IMG/VR virus record: IMGVR_UViG_3300020045_003608
Location: 1-48,466 of that record
DNA length: 48,466 bases
Strand: one strand, 5' to 3'
Origin: a virus
Lineage: Duplodnaviria; Caudoviricetes
Shown: positions 20,026 through 28,677 of the stretch, piece after piece
How positions within the stretch are numbered: position 1 is the stretch's first letter
How the letters are laid out: each line of letters starts with the position of its first letter
Notes under the pieces: model-generated
Seen by the model: the letters and a program-made list of their open reading frames with translations, nothing else
Database searches by the model: none
Told to the model about the DNA's origin: nothing
Position numbers and translations under genes: made by a program

Positions 20026-20193
20026 TTGACAAATCACCTATTCTGTGAAACAATACTCTGGTAGTTAGAGATATTTAATTTTCACGGACAGGTGGTATAA
20101 ATTAAACCTTTCTTTCTACATCTTATCCTTGTGTATAGACCCTGTCCGGTTTGTATGCAGGGATTTTTTGTTTTATTTTAGAAAGGAAAGGTT
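20026..20193 (+). promoter_or_regulatory. promoter plus class III leader with intrinsic terminator
   Basis: TTGACA-17-AACAAT; CGGACAGG (20085-20092) complementary to terminator loop CCTGTCCG (20141-20148); 16-bp stem with G-U pairs plus U-tract. Confidence 0.78.
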
Positions 20194-20970
20194 ATGCAAC
20201 AGTTATTTTCAGCAGTAAGCTCAGCAAGCGTTAAAACTATGTCATCAATCGAAATCGTTAAGCTAATTAACGATATGCGCGAAGAAGGTTCTGCTATTTT
20301 GAGACATAGTGATTTTACAAATAAAGTTCTGAAAGTTTTAGGTGAGGAACCTGCGAAAAGATTCGTAGGTCAATATAAAGCAGGGAATGGTCAAATGCAA
20401 CCCTGTTATCATTTACCAAAACGCGAAACTAACCTAATGGTTATGTCTGAAAATCCTAGAGTTCAGGCGGCTGTTTATGACAGAATGGAAGTATTGGAGA
20501 AAGCTATTATCGCTACATCATCAAACCTTTCATTTGCAGATAGTCTCGCTGGAGCAGAAGTCATGGCTAGAATGCTCAATATGTCAGAATCATCAAAATT
20601 AACCCTAGTATCAGGAGTGATGAAAGTAAAAGCTCCTGAGTTGTTACACCTAGTACCTGTGTATGCTATTGACGCGCCTAATGCAACTGACGTTTCGTCA
20701 CGGTTGACATTCTCAGCGACAGTGTTGCTTGCGGAACACGGTAAACCAATGACGGCACAGAAGTTTAACATTATTGCAGTTGAGCGTGGTTATTTAACTG
20801 AAGAATCTCGTCCGTCAACTACGAAAGGTATTAAATTATTCAAATGTTTGACTGACAAAGGTTTAGCTTACGGTAAGAATATGACTTCGCCTAATAACCA
20901 AAGAGAAACTGCTCCGCATTATTACGCGGATAAATTTGATGAGTTATTAGTGTTGTTGGGGAGTAAGTAA
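20194..20970 (+). CDS. Rha-like antirepressor family protein
   Basis: KTMSSIEIV..LRHSDF..PCYHLPKRETNLMVMSE; C-terminal LTDKGLAYGKN..NQRETAPHYY. Confidence 0.8.
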   Translation: MQQLFSAVSSASVKTMSSIEIVKLINDMREEGSAILRHSDFTNKVLKVLGEEPAKRFVGQYKAGNGQMQPCYHLPKRETNLMVMSENPRVQAAVYDRMEVLEKAIIATSSNLSFADSLAGAEVMARMLNMSESSKLTLVSGVMKVKAPELLHLVPVYAIDAPNATDVSSRLTFSATVLLAEHGKPMTAQKFNIIAVERGYLTEESRPSTTKGIKLFKCLTDKGLAYGKNMTSPNNQRETAPHYYADKFDELLVLLGSK

Positions 20971-21027
20971 AGATTTACTATCGGCGCAGGTTCAACAATA
21001 ACTGCGACTTATTCCTTGCGATTTAAC

Positions 21028-21056
21028 TTGCAATTAGTTTAAAAACGTAGTACAAT
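21028..21056 (+). promoter_or_regulatory. sigma70-like promoter with AAAAACGTAG spacer motif
   Basis: TTGCAA-17-TACAAT. Confidence 0.6.
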
Positions 21057-21065
21057 AAGTATTAC

Positions 21066-21219
21066 TTGACAAATCAAACTATTTATGAAACAATACCGTC
21101 TGAATCTTTAGATTTGGTCGGGAAGGACTTATAAATCTAAACGTTTTCATCTAGCCTGCTTATAATCATACTTCCCTATGGTTATTCGGAGGCTTTTTTG
21201 TTTTAACGAGGAATGGAAT
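21066..21219 (+). promoter_or_regulatory. promoter plus class III leader with intrinsic terminator
   Basis: TTGACA-17-AACAAT; loop GGGAAG (21120-21125) complementary to loop CTTCCC (21171-21176) of a hairpin ending in TTTTTTG. Confidence 0.75.
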
Positions 21220-21920
21220 ATGACAGATTTAGTAGTATTTGAAACACCAATTTCAATGGATTCAGAAGGTAGATTTCGCTTAAATGATTTACATAAAGCG
21301 TCAGGTGGTGAACAACGTAATCGTCCAAATTATTGGCTTGAAAACGATAAAACAAAAGAATTTATAGAAGTCGTAAAATCGGCATCGGGCGAATTTACTG
21401 GTGTAGAGTCTGTTGTTACAGTAAAAGGCGGTGCGAAACAAGGAACCTTCGTGGTCAAAAGCCTCGTATACGCATACGTGATGTGGTTATCTCCTGCTTT
21501 TCAGCTCCATGTGATTGAAGCATTTGATAAACTCGTATCAGATAAAATCACTGAATTAGAATGGGTAGGTGTTAGAACTATTGTGAAGCAAGAATTCAAA
21601 ATATGAATTTTGCTAAGAAGAGTTTTCTTGAGGATAATAACAAGCCAATTACGCCTAAGGACTTTATAGACGAAGCCGATTTGATTAACTGTGTGGTATT
21701 AGGTATGCGAGCGAATAAGTATCGTGAAGCTAATAATATGACTAAGAAAGAGTCAATTCGAGATAGGTTATCGAAAGAAACTCTCGATATTATTGAAACG
21801 TTAGAGGTCATGAATACCCAACTTATAAACTGTGGTTTAATTCTAAGCGAAAGGTATTATCGAATATTGGATTTCTACAATAGACGGTATGGTGATGTGT
21901 CTAAGCTGCTTAGTAAGTAA
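21220..21920 (+). pseudogene. KilA-N protein split by a 1-nt frameshift
   Basis: RFRLNDLHKASG..RPNYWL..QGTFV..YVMWLSPAF; ORF 21603-21920 is in frame if the A4 at 21598-21601 were A5. Confidence 0.75.
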
Positions 21921-22258
21921 ATAACAAAACCAAAACAAGCTATCTCATCACGATTTAGCTTGTTGGGTAGTTTAGCTGAAATTGAGAAGTCGGTTTCTAT
22001 TTTCATTTTCAGTACAATACCCTTGAGGACTAACGGAAGATAACAAATTAGCCATCTTTTCGAAGTCACCTGTAATTTTCATTTTCACCTCGATAGTCCA
22101 GAAAGTTAATTAAGCTTTCCAAAACACCCCAACGTCCACACTTCACTTCCAACACCCAAACCTCACTATTCCGCGCCACCTAATCCCAAAACGCATTGTG
22201 CGACCTCGGCGAGTAGTTCTAGTTAGTACAATAGCGAATCGCTATTATCCGAAATCTA

Positions 22259-22277
22259 TTTGAGAATCATTCGCATT
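22259..22277. promoter_or_regulatory. Fur-box-like site
   Basis: TTTGAGAATCATTCGCATT resembles the 7-1-7 Fur consensus TGATAAT-N-ATTATCA. Confidence 0.5.
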
Positions 22278-22289
22278 TAAAATCTAATT

Positions 22290-22386
22290 CATACTTTTCT
22301 AGGTTTGTCAATAACGCAATTTTCGCGCCAACTAATTAAAGCGCATACTTTTCGCATTTTGTCAATAACGCAATTTTAATGCCAAC
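22290..22386 (-). repeat. tandem ~43-bp repeat, each with a sigma54-like site next to TTGACA
   Basis: CATACTTTTC....TTTGTCAATAACGCAATTTT...GCCAAC twice; minus strand reads TTGGCGCGAAAATTGC and TTGGCATTAAAATTGC. Confidence 0.7.
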
Positions 22387-22990
22387 CCCTGTATTATCGC
22401 GCCAATTTGCGTAAAATATAAATTTGCAATTCGCGCGTTTATAGAGTAGACACGCACGGGCGGGCGGTTCAATATAGCAGATTGTGAAAGAGCATTTTCG
22501 CCACTGGAGGCGATATTATCACGCAGTGGGGGTTAGTTATAGGCGGATTGCCACCGCACTCATTACCGTGGGCATATAGTAAACCGCAATGAATGCGGCG
22601 ACTAATGCGGTAAATTGTCGCACCCTAAAACCTAGCATTTATGCGGGTTACGGGTGTTTTTGTGGTTGTCATTGTGCTGCAATAGTTAAATTATTTTGCG
22701 AAAGTATTAGGTGATTTTTTAATTTTCGACTATCTTATCTGCAACGAAACGGAAACAGCCGATAAGTTGAAAAGCTCTTTAAAAATATGGGATCAATTTT
22801 AATTTAATGCGCTCTATTGATAGAGTTGAAAACGTAGTTTAGTGGTAACACTAACAGGGCAGCGTGTCGGGGCGCATTGTGACAAGTTAAAATTAAATTA
22901 CACTAGGCGCGAATTATAAAACCTTCATGATATTGGGTAAGACCTTCTAGTGTGATTTACTTTTAATTTAACAATTACACGGGGTAACAA

Positions 22991-23173
22991 ATGAAAATAG
23001 ATAACGAATTTATTGAAGGGCTAAAGGCTCTCGATGCTGAAGTAAAACAGGGTGATTTTACATTCACGCAATTTTGCGATTATTGCAGGGTCACATCGGA
23101 GCCACATTTATGCACGGCGCAAGAGTATAAGAAGATGCTGTCGATGGGGCTTGACAATTGGCTTTTGGATTGA
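22991..23173 (+). CDS. early hypothetical protein
   Basis: 60 aa, GGGGT RBS. Confidence 0.55.
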   Translation: MKIDNEFIEGLKALDAEVKQGDFTFTQFCDYCRVTSEPHLCTAQEYKKMLSMGLDNWLLD

Positions 23174-23563
23174 CAACAACTTACTAGGACTTATATTTAT
23201 GAAAAAATTAACACGTTTTGGAATTGTCCATTATCGATGGAATGACGTATTAGGTTTATATGAGGTATATTATGACCGCGAATTGTTCTTTTTTAATTCG
23301 TTCATTGCTGTTTGTAATTTTAAACTGAAGGTGGCTAAATGATTTATAAAACAACATTGCAGGACGGACTGTTGATTGTACAATTTGCGGACGGTTTGAC
23401 AACGTGGCGGGTTTTTTATTCTGCTAATAATTATTTTAATTTGTGCGGGGGTTGATATGGGCGGTTTAATCGCGGTTTTATTATTAGTCGGTATCATGTC
23501 TGGGTTGTATTACATTTCACGCGGTATAGTTGCCGCAAGTTATCCGAAAATTTAGGGTTTAAA

Positions 23564-23761
23564 ATGACACGAAAAAAGAAAAATTATGCCAGAGTGTGTC
23601 GAATTGCGTCGCGTATGTGTTCGAATGATAATTTAATGTCATTAGCTGATTATTTTCACATTCAGCATGGGATATACGTTAACACAAATCACGTCACACA
23701 ATACACGGCACGCGAGTTGATTGCGTTAAAATTAAAAGAAGGGGGTTGTTATGCGAATTAA
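23564..23761 (+). CDS. early hypothetical protein
   Basis: 65 aa, AGGGT RBS. Confidence 0.5.
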   Translation: MTRKKKNYARVCRIASRMCSNDNLMSLADYFHIQHGIYVNTNHVTQYTARELIALKLKEGGCYAN

Positions 23762-23922
23762 CAAAAGTAAATTATCAGACGGTAACACAATCAACACGAA
23801 TACCGGCATCGTGTGTTTTTATAAGCACGGTAATAACTATGCACTAAGTCACGGGCTAACAGTGCAAACGTTTAAAACATACCGCACGGCGCGGGTTTAT
23901 TTGAAAAGTTTAGGGGTTTAAA

Positions 23923-24138
23923 ATGAGCTATCAAGAGACACTACAGTGCCGCCGTGAATCGACTAACATCGTCACCTCGAGTTATACAATTAAATATCGC
24001 AGCTTTTACATTCACGGGGCGAATTACAATGGGCAGCATATTTGCTATGTATCCCAAGGGTTTTTACACTATTATTCTAAGTCGCTGGAAAGTGTAAAAC
24101 GTAAAATCCGAGCTTATCATAAAACTTTTAATTTGTAG
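23923..24138 (+). CDS. early hypothetical protein
   Basis: 71 aa, AGGGGT RBS. Confidence 0.55.
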   Translation: MSYQETLQCRRESTNIVTSSYTIKYRSFYIHGANYNGQHICYVSQGFLHYYSKSLESVKRKIRAYHKTFNL

Positions 24139-24338
24139 GTAATTACAATGACAAAATCAGATTTAAAAACCGCGTTATTATACGATTGTATCATTGTAAA
24201 GCGCGATAAGTTCACGGGTGAAGTGGTGGTTATTGAATCGCGGGAACAAGTATCGGAATTAACGCGACGCGAGTTGGCAAGCGTTGAAGTTTATCAGAAT
24301 ATCACACACAATTTTAATTTATAACAAGAGGTTACAAA

Positions 24339-24782
24339 ATGAAAACTTTTTTAAAATGGTATAATTTACAAAACAATACAGCGTTTACAATTGACGACAT
24401 TACAGAAAATGGCGCACAGTATGAGCTAAAATGCGTTGGGATTGACGGTAAGGAGTATTTAATTGGCGACGGTTATGGTGAAGTAGAAGCGGCGTGTAAG
24501 GAGTATGTAAAAGAAACCGTGTGGGCGTTCAATGCTGATTTTATCGCGGATCAATGTTCGAGTAATGATAATAGTTTGCATAGTTTTATAGTTGGCGGAT
24601 GCGCGGCTTTGCAGGGATTATGCGAGAGTGCAAATGCCCCAATTTTAGCGTTGATTGAGTCACAATGTGGGCTTGATGACTTTGTAAGGGAAGCGATTGA
24701 TGCGGATGGGGAGGGTCATTTTTTAGCAGGATATGATGGAATAATGCTAGAATTTGAAGGTATTTATATTTTTAGAGTTTAA
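24339..24782 (+). CDS. acidic early hypothetical protein
   Basis: 147 aa, GAGGT RBS. Confidence 0.7.
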   Translation: MKTFLKWYNLQNNTAFTIDDITENGAQYELKCVGIDGKEYLIGDGYGEVEAACKEYVKETVWAFNADFIADQCSSNDNSLHSFIVGGCAALQGLCESANAPILALIESQCGLDDFVREAIDADGEGHFLAGYDGIMLEFEGIYIFRV

Positions 24783-24858
24783 AGCGTCAAACGTGCTGGC
24801 TAATAGCACGTTTCGCGGTTTGAATTGGTCAAGCCTTAATTTTACTGGAGTGTTTAAA

Positions 24859-25143
24859 ATGTTTATAAATGTTAATTTTAGTTTGTTCCGTGACGCTTTC
24901 AAAAACGCAAACCGTGACAATAACTTTAGTTATTCGGGGTTACGCGCTCTTTTTGATTATTTAGAATCAATTGAATCGGATGGTGATCAAATCGAATTAG
25001 ACGTGATTGCGTTATGTTGTGAATATAGCGAAATGCAATTGAGCGACGCGCTTGATGATTACGACTGCGATAACTTAGACGAATTACAAGATAATTATTG
25101 CGTCATCGTAGTAGATGACGAAACGATTATTATTGCGGGGTAA
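24859..25143 (+). CDS. highly acidic early hypothetical protein
   Basis: Likely start MFINVN after GGAG; FSYSGLRALFDYLE..IELDVIALCCEYSE. Confidence 0.7.
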   Translation: MFINVNFSLFRDAFKNANRDNNFSYSGLRALFDYLESIESDGDQIELDVIALCCEYSEMQLSDALDDYDCDNLDELQDNYCVIVVDDETIIIAG

Positions 25144-25146
25144 TTT

Positions 25147-25335
25147 ATGACTGTTAAAAGATTAAAAATTTCGCAAAAACAAGTGGATGACGGAGCGCAT
25201 TATATTGTTAACGGGTTCGAATTTACGTTGACGTGTGATGGTTACACGATTTACAGCCCACGAAAGCAAAAGATATTCCAGTGTCTGAATTATCGGGTAG
25301 CTCGTCAGGCGTTTGGGCATTGTGTGAAAGGGTAG
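25147..25335 (+). CDS. early hypothetical protein
   Basis: 62 aa, directly follows the previous gene. Confidence 0.5.
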   Translation: MTVKRLKISQKQVDDGAHYIVNGFEFTLTCDGYTIYSPRKQKIFQCLNYRVARQAFGHCVKG

Positions 25336-25603
25336 GGATTAAGGCGGTTTGAAATATAGCCGCCAATTTTTGTAAGGTTTACCCACTCTACGGGGTGCAA
25401 AAAATAATTTGCCGGAGGGCTGATACCTCACCGGTCGAAAGTAACTCAATTTCACACCTTTCGTACTACATTAACCCACCCTACTATAAAACGCTTGACA
25501 TTTCTGAAATGGGTTTTACAAACTAGAATTTAAGAATATCTTGACATTCCAACCTTTATGTGATAAATATACGCACATAAATTAACCTTAACAAATTAAC
25601 ACT

Positions 25604-26641
25604 ATGCGCGAAAAACTAATCTTACAGTTACAATCTTTAGAAAAACCCACCCGTGCTAAGTTGCGAGATATTATGCCTGATAAGGATTGGGTGGGAGTGT
25701 TTGGAAGTTTCAGCCAGTATAAACTAGCTGCTGGGTTGGGCGAGACTAAATTAGAAAAGGATTACTACAAGCAGATTGCAAAAAATTCAGCAGCTACAAA
25801 CCCAACATTATTAAATTTTAATACTACCTTAAACTCTTATTGTGAAAAATATGTACGAAAAGATAATCCAAGATTTAAAACAGTTATGGTCATTAGTGAT
25901 GTGCATGCCTCAATGGCGGATACCTTCACAATCAATGTATTCCTTGATGCTACGACTAGAGTTAAGCCAACACACATCGTAATCGCAGGTGATTTGTGGG
26001 ACTTTCCTCATTTCTCAAGTTATTCACATGACCCACGCAAACATTCGGCGGTAGATGAAATGTTATGGGTACATGAATTTTTAACAAAATTACGAGCATT
26101 AAATCCAACAGCTCAAATCACAATCACGCAAGGAAATCACGATCTGAGAATTTTTAAGCATATTGTTGAGCAATCACCTTATGTGGCTGATGTACTTGAT
26201 AGGTTTTCAAATATCACACCATCAAAATTACTAAAGTTGGATGAGTTACAAATAAATTATGTTGCCAGAACTAATTTAGCTGTGTATAAAGAAACTGAAA
26301 TTAAGAAGGAAGTTGCAAAAAACTTTATTATTATCGGAGACACGATGCTTGTGGGTCATTATCCATCAATCAAGAAACATGGACTAGTGTCTTATTTTGG
26401 TCACCACCACTCTTATAAATTAACTCCTGATTATAACTATGTCCACGGTTCATTTAATCATACTCAGCTTGGTTGCAGTTGCGCTATTGACGCATCTTAC
26501 ACTGACGATTTCGATAAATGGACACAAGGTTTTGCTATTGTGACGGTTGATAGTGAAAAGAAACGTACTATTGATGAATATGTGAATACCACACACGATA
26601 TTGCTATTTGTGGAGGAAAGTATCATTATCGCAATGAGTAA
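25604..26641 (+). CDS. calcineurin-like metallophosphoesterase
   Basis: SDVH, GDLWD, GNHD and GHHH metal-binding motifs. Confidence 0.85.
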   Translation: MREKLILQLQSLEKPTRAKLRDIMPDKDWVGVFGSFSQYKLAAGLGETKLEKDYYKQIAKNSAATNPTLLNFNTTLNSYCEKYVRKDNPRFKTVMVISDVHASMADTFTINVFLDATTRVKPTHIVIAGDLWDFPHFSSYSHDPRKHSAVDEMLWVHEFLTKLRALNPTAQITITQGNHDLRIFKHIVEQSPYVADVLDRFSNITPSKLLKLDELQINYVARTNLAVYKETEIKKEVAKNFIIIGDTMLVGHYPSIKKHGLVSYFGHHHSYKLTPDYNYVHGSFNHTQLGCSCAIDASYTDDFDKWTQGFAIVTVDSEKKRTIDEYVNTTHDIAICGGKYHYRNE

Positions 26642-26650
26642 AAATAAGTA

Positions 26651-26786
26651 TTGACTTTATAGTAAATTCATGTTAGCATTTAACAGTGAGATAGGACTGT
26701 ACATCCGACAAACCCTTTAGTAAGGCTTCTCACTTTAACAATACTAATCATATCATCCTAAATTACTATAAAGGAATCAAAAATAA
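26651..26786 (+). promoter_or_regulatory. promoter plus class I structured leader
   Basis: TTGACT-17-TAGCAT; stem AGTGAGA/TCTCACT; TAGTAA loop complementary to TTACTA (26763-26768) beside the RBS. Confidence 0.7.
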
Positions 26787-27815
26787 ATGTCAAAAGTTAA
26801 ATATAAACAGCTCCCATCTCAGCAGTACCTTAAAGAATGCTTCGATTACAACACTGAATCAGGTAAATTAGTTTGGAAAGAAAGACCTTTATCGCATTTT
26901 AAGAATACGCACGGGACATCTCACTTTAATTCACGCTATAAAGGATGTGTTGCAGGCACGCTATATGATACTGGATATGTTGAGGTATCTATAAATAAAA
27001 AAAGATTTAAGCTACATAGGTTAATCTGGAAATATCACATGGGAGACGACCCTATAGGACTTATCGACCATATCGATAGAGATAAATCTAACAACAGAAT
27101 TGAAAATTTACGAGATGTATCGCATATTGAAAATTCAAATAATAAATCAAATTCAAATGACTGCATCGGAGTTTATTTTATTCTAAATAGGTGGGAAGGT
27201 AGATTGACAATAAAAGGGAATTTAGTGTTGCTAGGTAGGTTTAAAAATAAGAATGATGCAATTGACGCTGTAAATTCAGCCAGAGTAAAAGATTGGTCTC
27301 ATTTAGAGACTAAGGTTAAAGTTAAGGGTACTTTGACATTAGAATATCTAAACGATAATTATGTGTATGAAAATGGGCATTTAGTTAGAAATAATAGGCG
27401 CGTAGGTAGTATTTCGGCAACTGGATATTCTATAGTTACTATTTTAAACGTATCGTATCAAGTCCATAGAGTGATTTATTGGTTATGCACTGGGATAAAA
27501 CCTGAGAATGGTGATGTAATTGACCATATTAACGGTGATAAATTAGATAATAGGATTGAAAATCTGAGATTAGTAACTGTGAGTCAAAATGGAATGAATA
27601 GAAAGGTATCACGTAGTAATACGTCAGGGTATGTAGGGGTGACATTTTGTAAAGACTCTCAAAAATGGAATGCTTCATTATATGAAGATAACAATCATGT
27701 TTACCTCGGCACATTCCAAACCAAAGAAGAAGCCGTCTCAGCCAGAAAAGCCGCCGAAGAACTCTATCACGGTGAATTCGCTAGAGTAACCACTACACAA
27801 GGAGAAATAAAATGA
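26787..27815 (+). CDS. tandem HNH-AP2 homing endonuclease
   Basis: Two HNH motifs (IDHIDRDKSNNRIENLR; IDHINGDKLDNRIENLR) plus AP2 domains; paralog of 10298-11395. Confidence 0.85.
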   Translation: MSKVKYKQLPSQQYLKECFDYNTESGKLVWKERPLSHFKNTHGTSHFNSRYKGCVAGTLYDTGYVEVSINKKRFKLHRLIWKYHMGDDPIGLIDHIDRDKSNNRIENLRDVSHIENSNNKSNSNDCIGVYFILNRWEGRLTIKGNLVLLGRFKNKNDAIDAVNSARVKDWSHLETKVKVKGTLTLEYLNDNYVYENGHLVRNNRRVGSISATGYSIVTILNVSYQVHRVIYWLCTGIKPENGDVIDHINGDKLDNRIENLRLVTVSQNGMNRKVSRSNTSGYVGVTFCKDSQKWNASLYEDNNHVYLGTFQTKEEAVSARKAAEELYHGEFARVTTTQGEIK

Positions 27816-27990
27816 GCGTCACAATCTACGACGGCAACACACTCTATACAGATTCTGGTACAAGCAACTACTTTAGAAAGGCGATTGAAGCAGCTTGTGC
27901 GATTACGAATAGTTGTGCTTTACCGGTGGTTGAATTAAAAATACTTTAACACTTGACAATCACAACAATCTGTGATTTAATATACAAAAT

Positions 27991-28065
27991 TGGCTAGTAG
28001 CAGATGGGTAATGCAATTGACTGTTAATCAATGAAATGTTGGTTCGAATCCAACCTAGCCAGCCA
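27991..28065 (+). tRNA. tRNA-Asn(GTT)
   Basis: Acceptor TGGCTAG/CTAGCCA, anticodon arm ATTGA-CTGTTAA-TCAAT, T arm GTTGG-TTCGAAT-CCAAC, encoded CCA; promoter TTGACA-17-TTTAAT at 27953-27981. Confidence 0.93.
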
Positions 28066-28074
28066 AAGATTTAT

Positions 28075-28148
28075 TGCTCCTTAGTGTAGAGATAACACAG
28101 GTGATTTTGATTCATCTATCATACGTTTGATTCGTATAGGAGCTGCCA
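28075..28148 (+). tRNA. tRNA-Gln(TTG), atypical
   Basis: Acceptor TGCTCCT/AGGAGCT, D arm GTGT/ACAC, anticodon arm GGTGA-TTTTGAT-TCATC, T arm ATACG-TTTGATT-CGTAT, encoded CCA. Confidence 0.8.
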
Positions 28149-28203
28149 TTTTACCAGCAGTAGATTCACCCAATAGTAACTAACCCAACCTCAAGGAAAC
28201 ACA

Positions 28204-28482
28204 ATGTCTTTACAATCAGAATTAACAAACGCATTAGATTTAAACGTAACCCAACAAGCTATCCTGAATGACATTTTTCCTGAAACAGTCGTCCCTTGTG
28301 ATGAATGTACCTGTCACATCGAAGTAGGTGATGTAGTCGTATTAAACTCCGATTTTGAATTCGACAATTTGATGACAGTAGTAGGTGTCAATGATGAAGA
28401 TGACACGGCATTTGTGACATGGTTCTCTGGTACAGATATGTACGATGCGGAGTTGCCGTTGGTCGCATTGTCGCTCATTTAA
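28204..28482 (+). CDS. DUF2158/YodC-like protein
   Basis: IEVGDVVVLNSD...LMTV...VTWF pattern. Confidence 0.65.
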   Translation: MSLQSELTNALDLNVTQQAILNDIFPETVVPCDECTCHIEVGDVVVLNSDFEFDNLMTVVGVNDEDDTAFVTWFSGTDMYDAELPLVALSLI

Positions 28483-28507
28483 CCAATTTAACATTCTCCA
28501 GTGTTGG

Positions 28508-28539
28508 AAGCTCAACTTAGAAATAGGTTGAGCTTTTTT
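28508..28539 (+). terminator. intrinsic terminator
   Basis: AAGCTCAACTT-loop-AGGTTGAGCTT-TTTT. Confidence 0.75.
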
Positions 28540-28544
28540 ATTGC

Positions 28545-28677
28545 TTGCGTTTTAGGTGAGAGTGTGGTAGGATGATATAAATAAAGTGAGATAGGTGGAT
28601 ACATCGAAAAGCCTTGAGTAAGCAATTCTCACTTTAACTTTAAATACTCGCAGAATCTCATAACTCAGGAGTTTAAG
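28545..28677 (+). promoter_or_regulatory. promoter plus class I structured leader
   Basis: TTGCGT-17-TAGGAT; stem AAAGTGAGA/TCTCACTTT; TGAGTA loop complementary to TACTC (28645) and ACTCA (28663) at the RBS. Confidence 0.6.
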
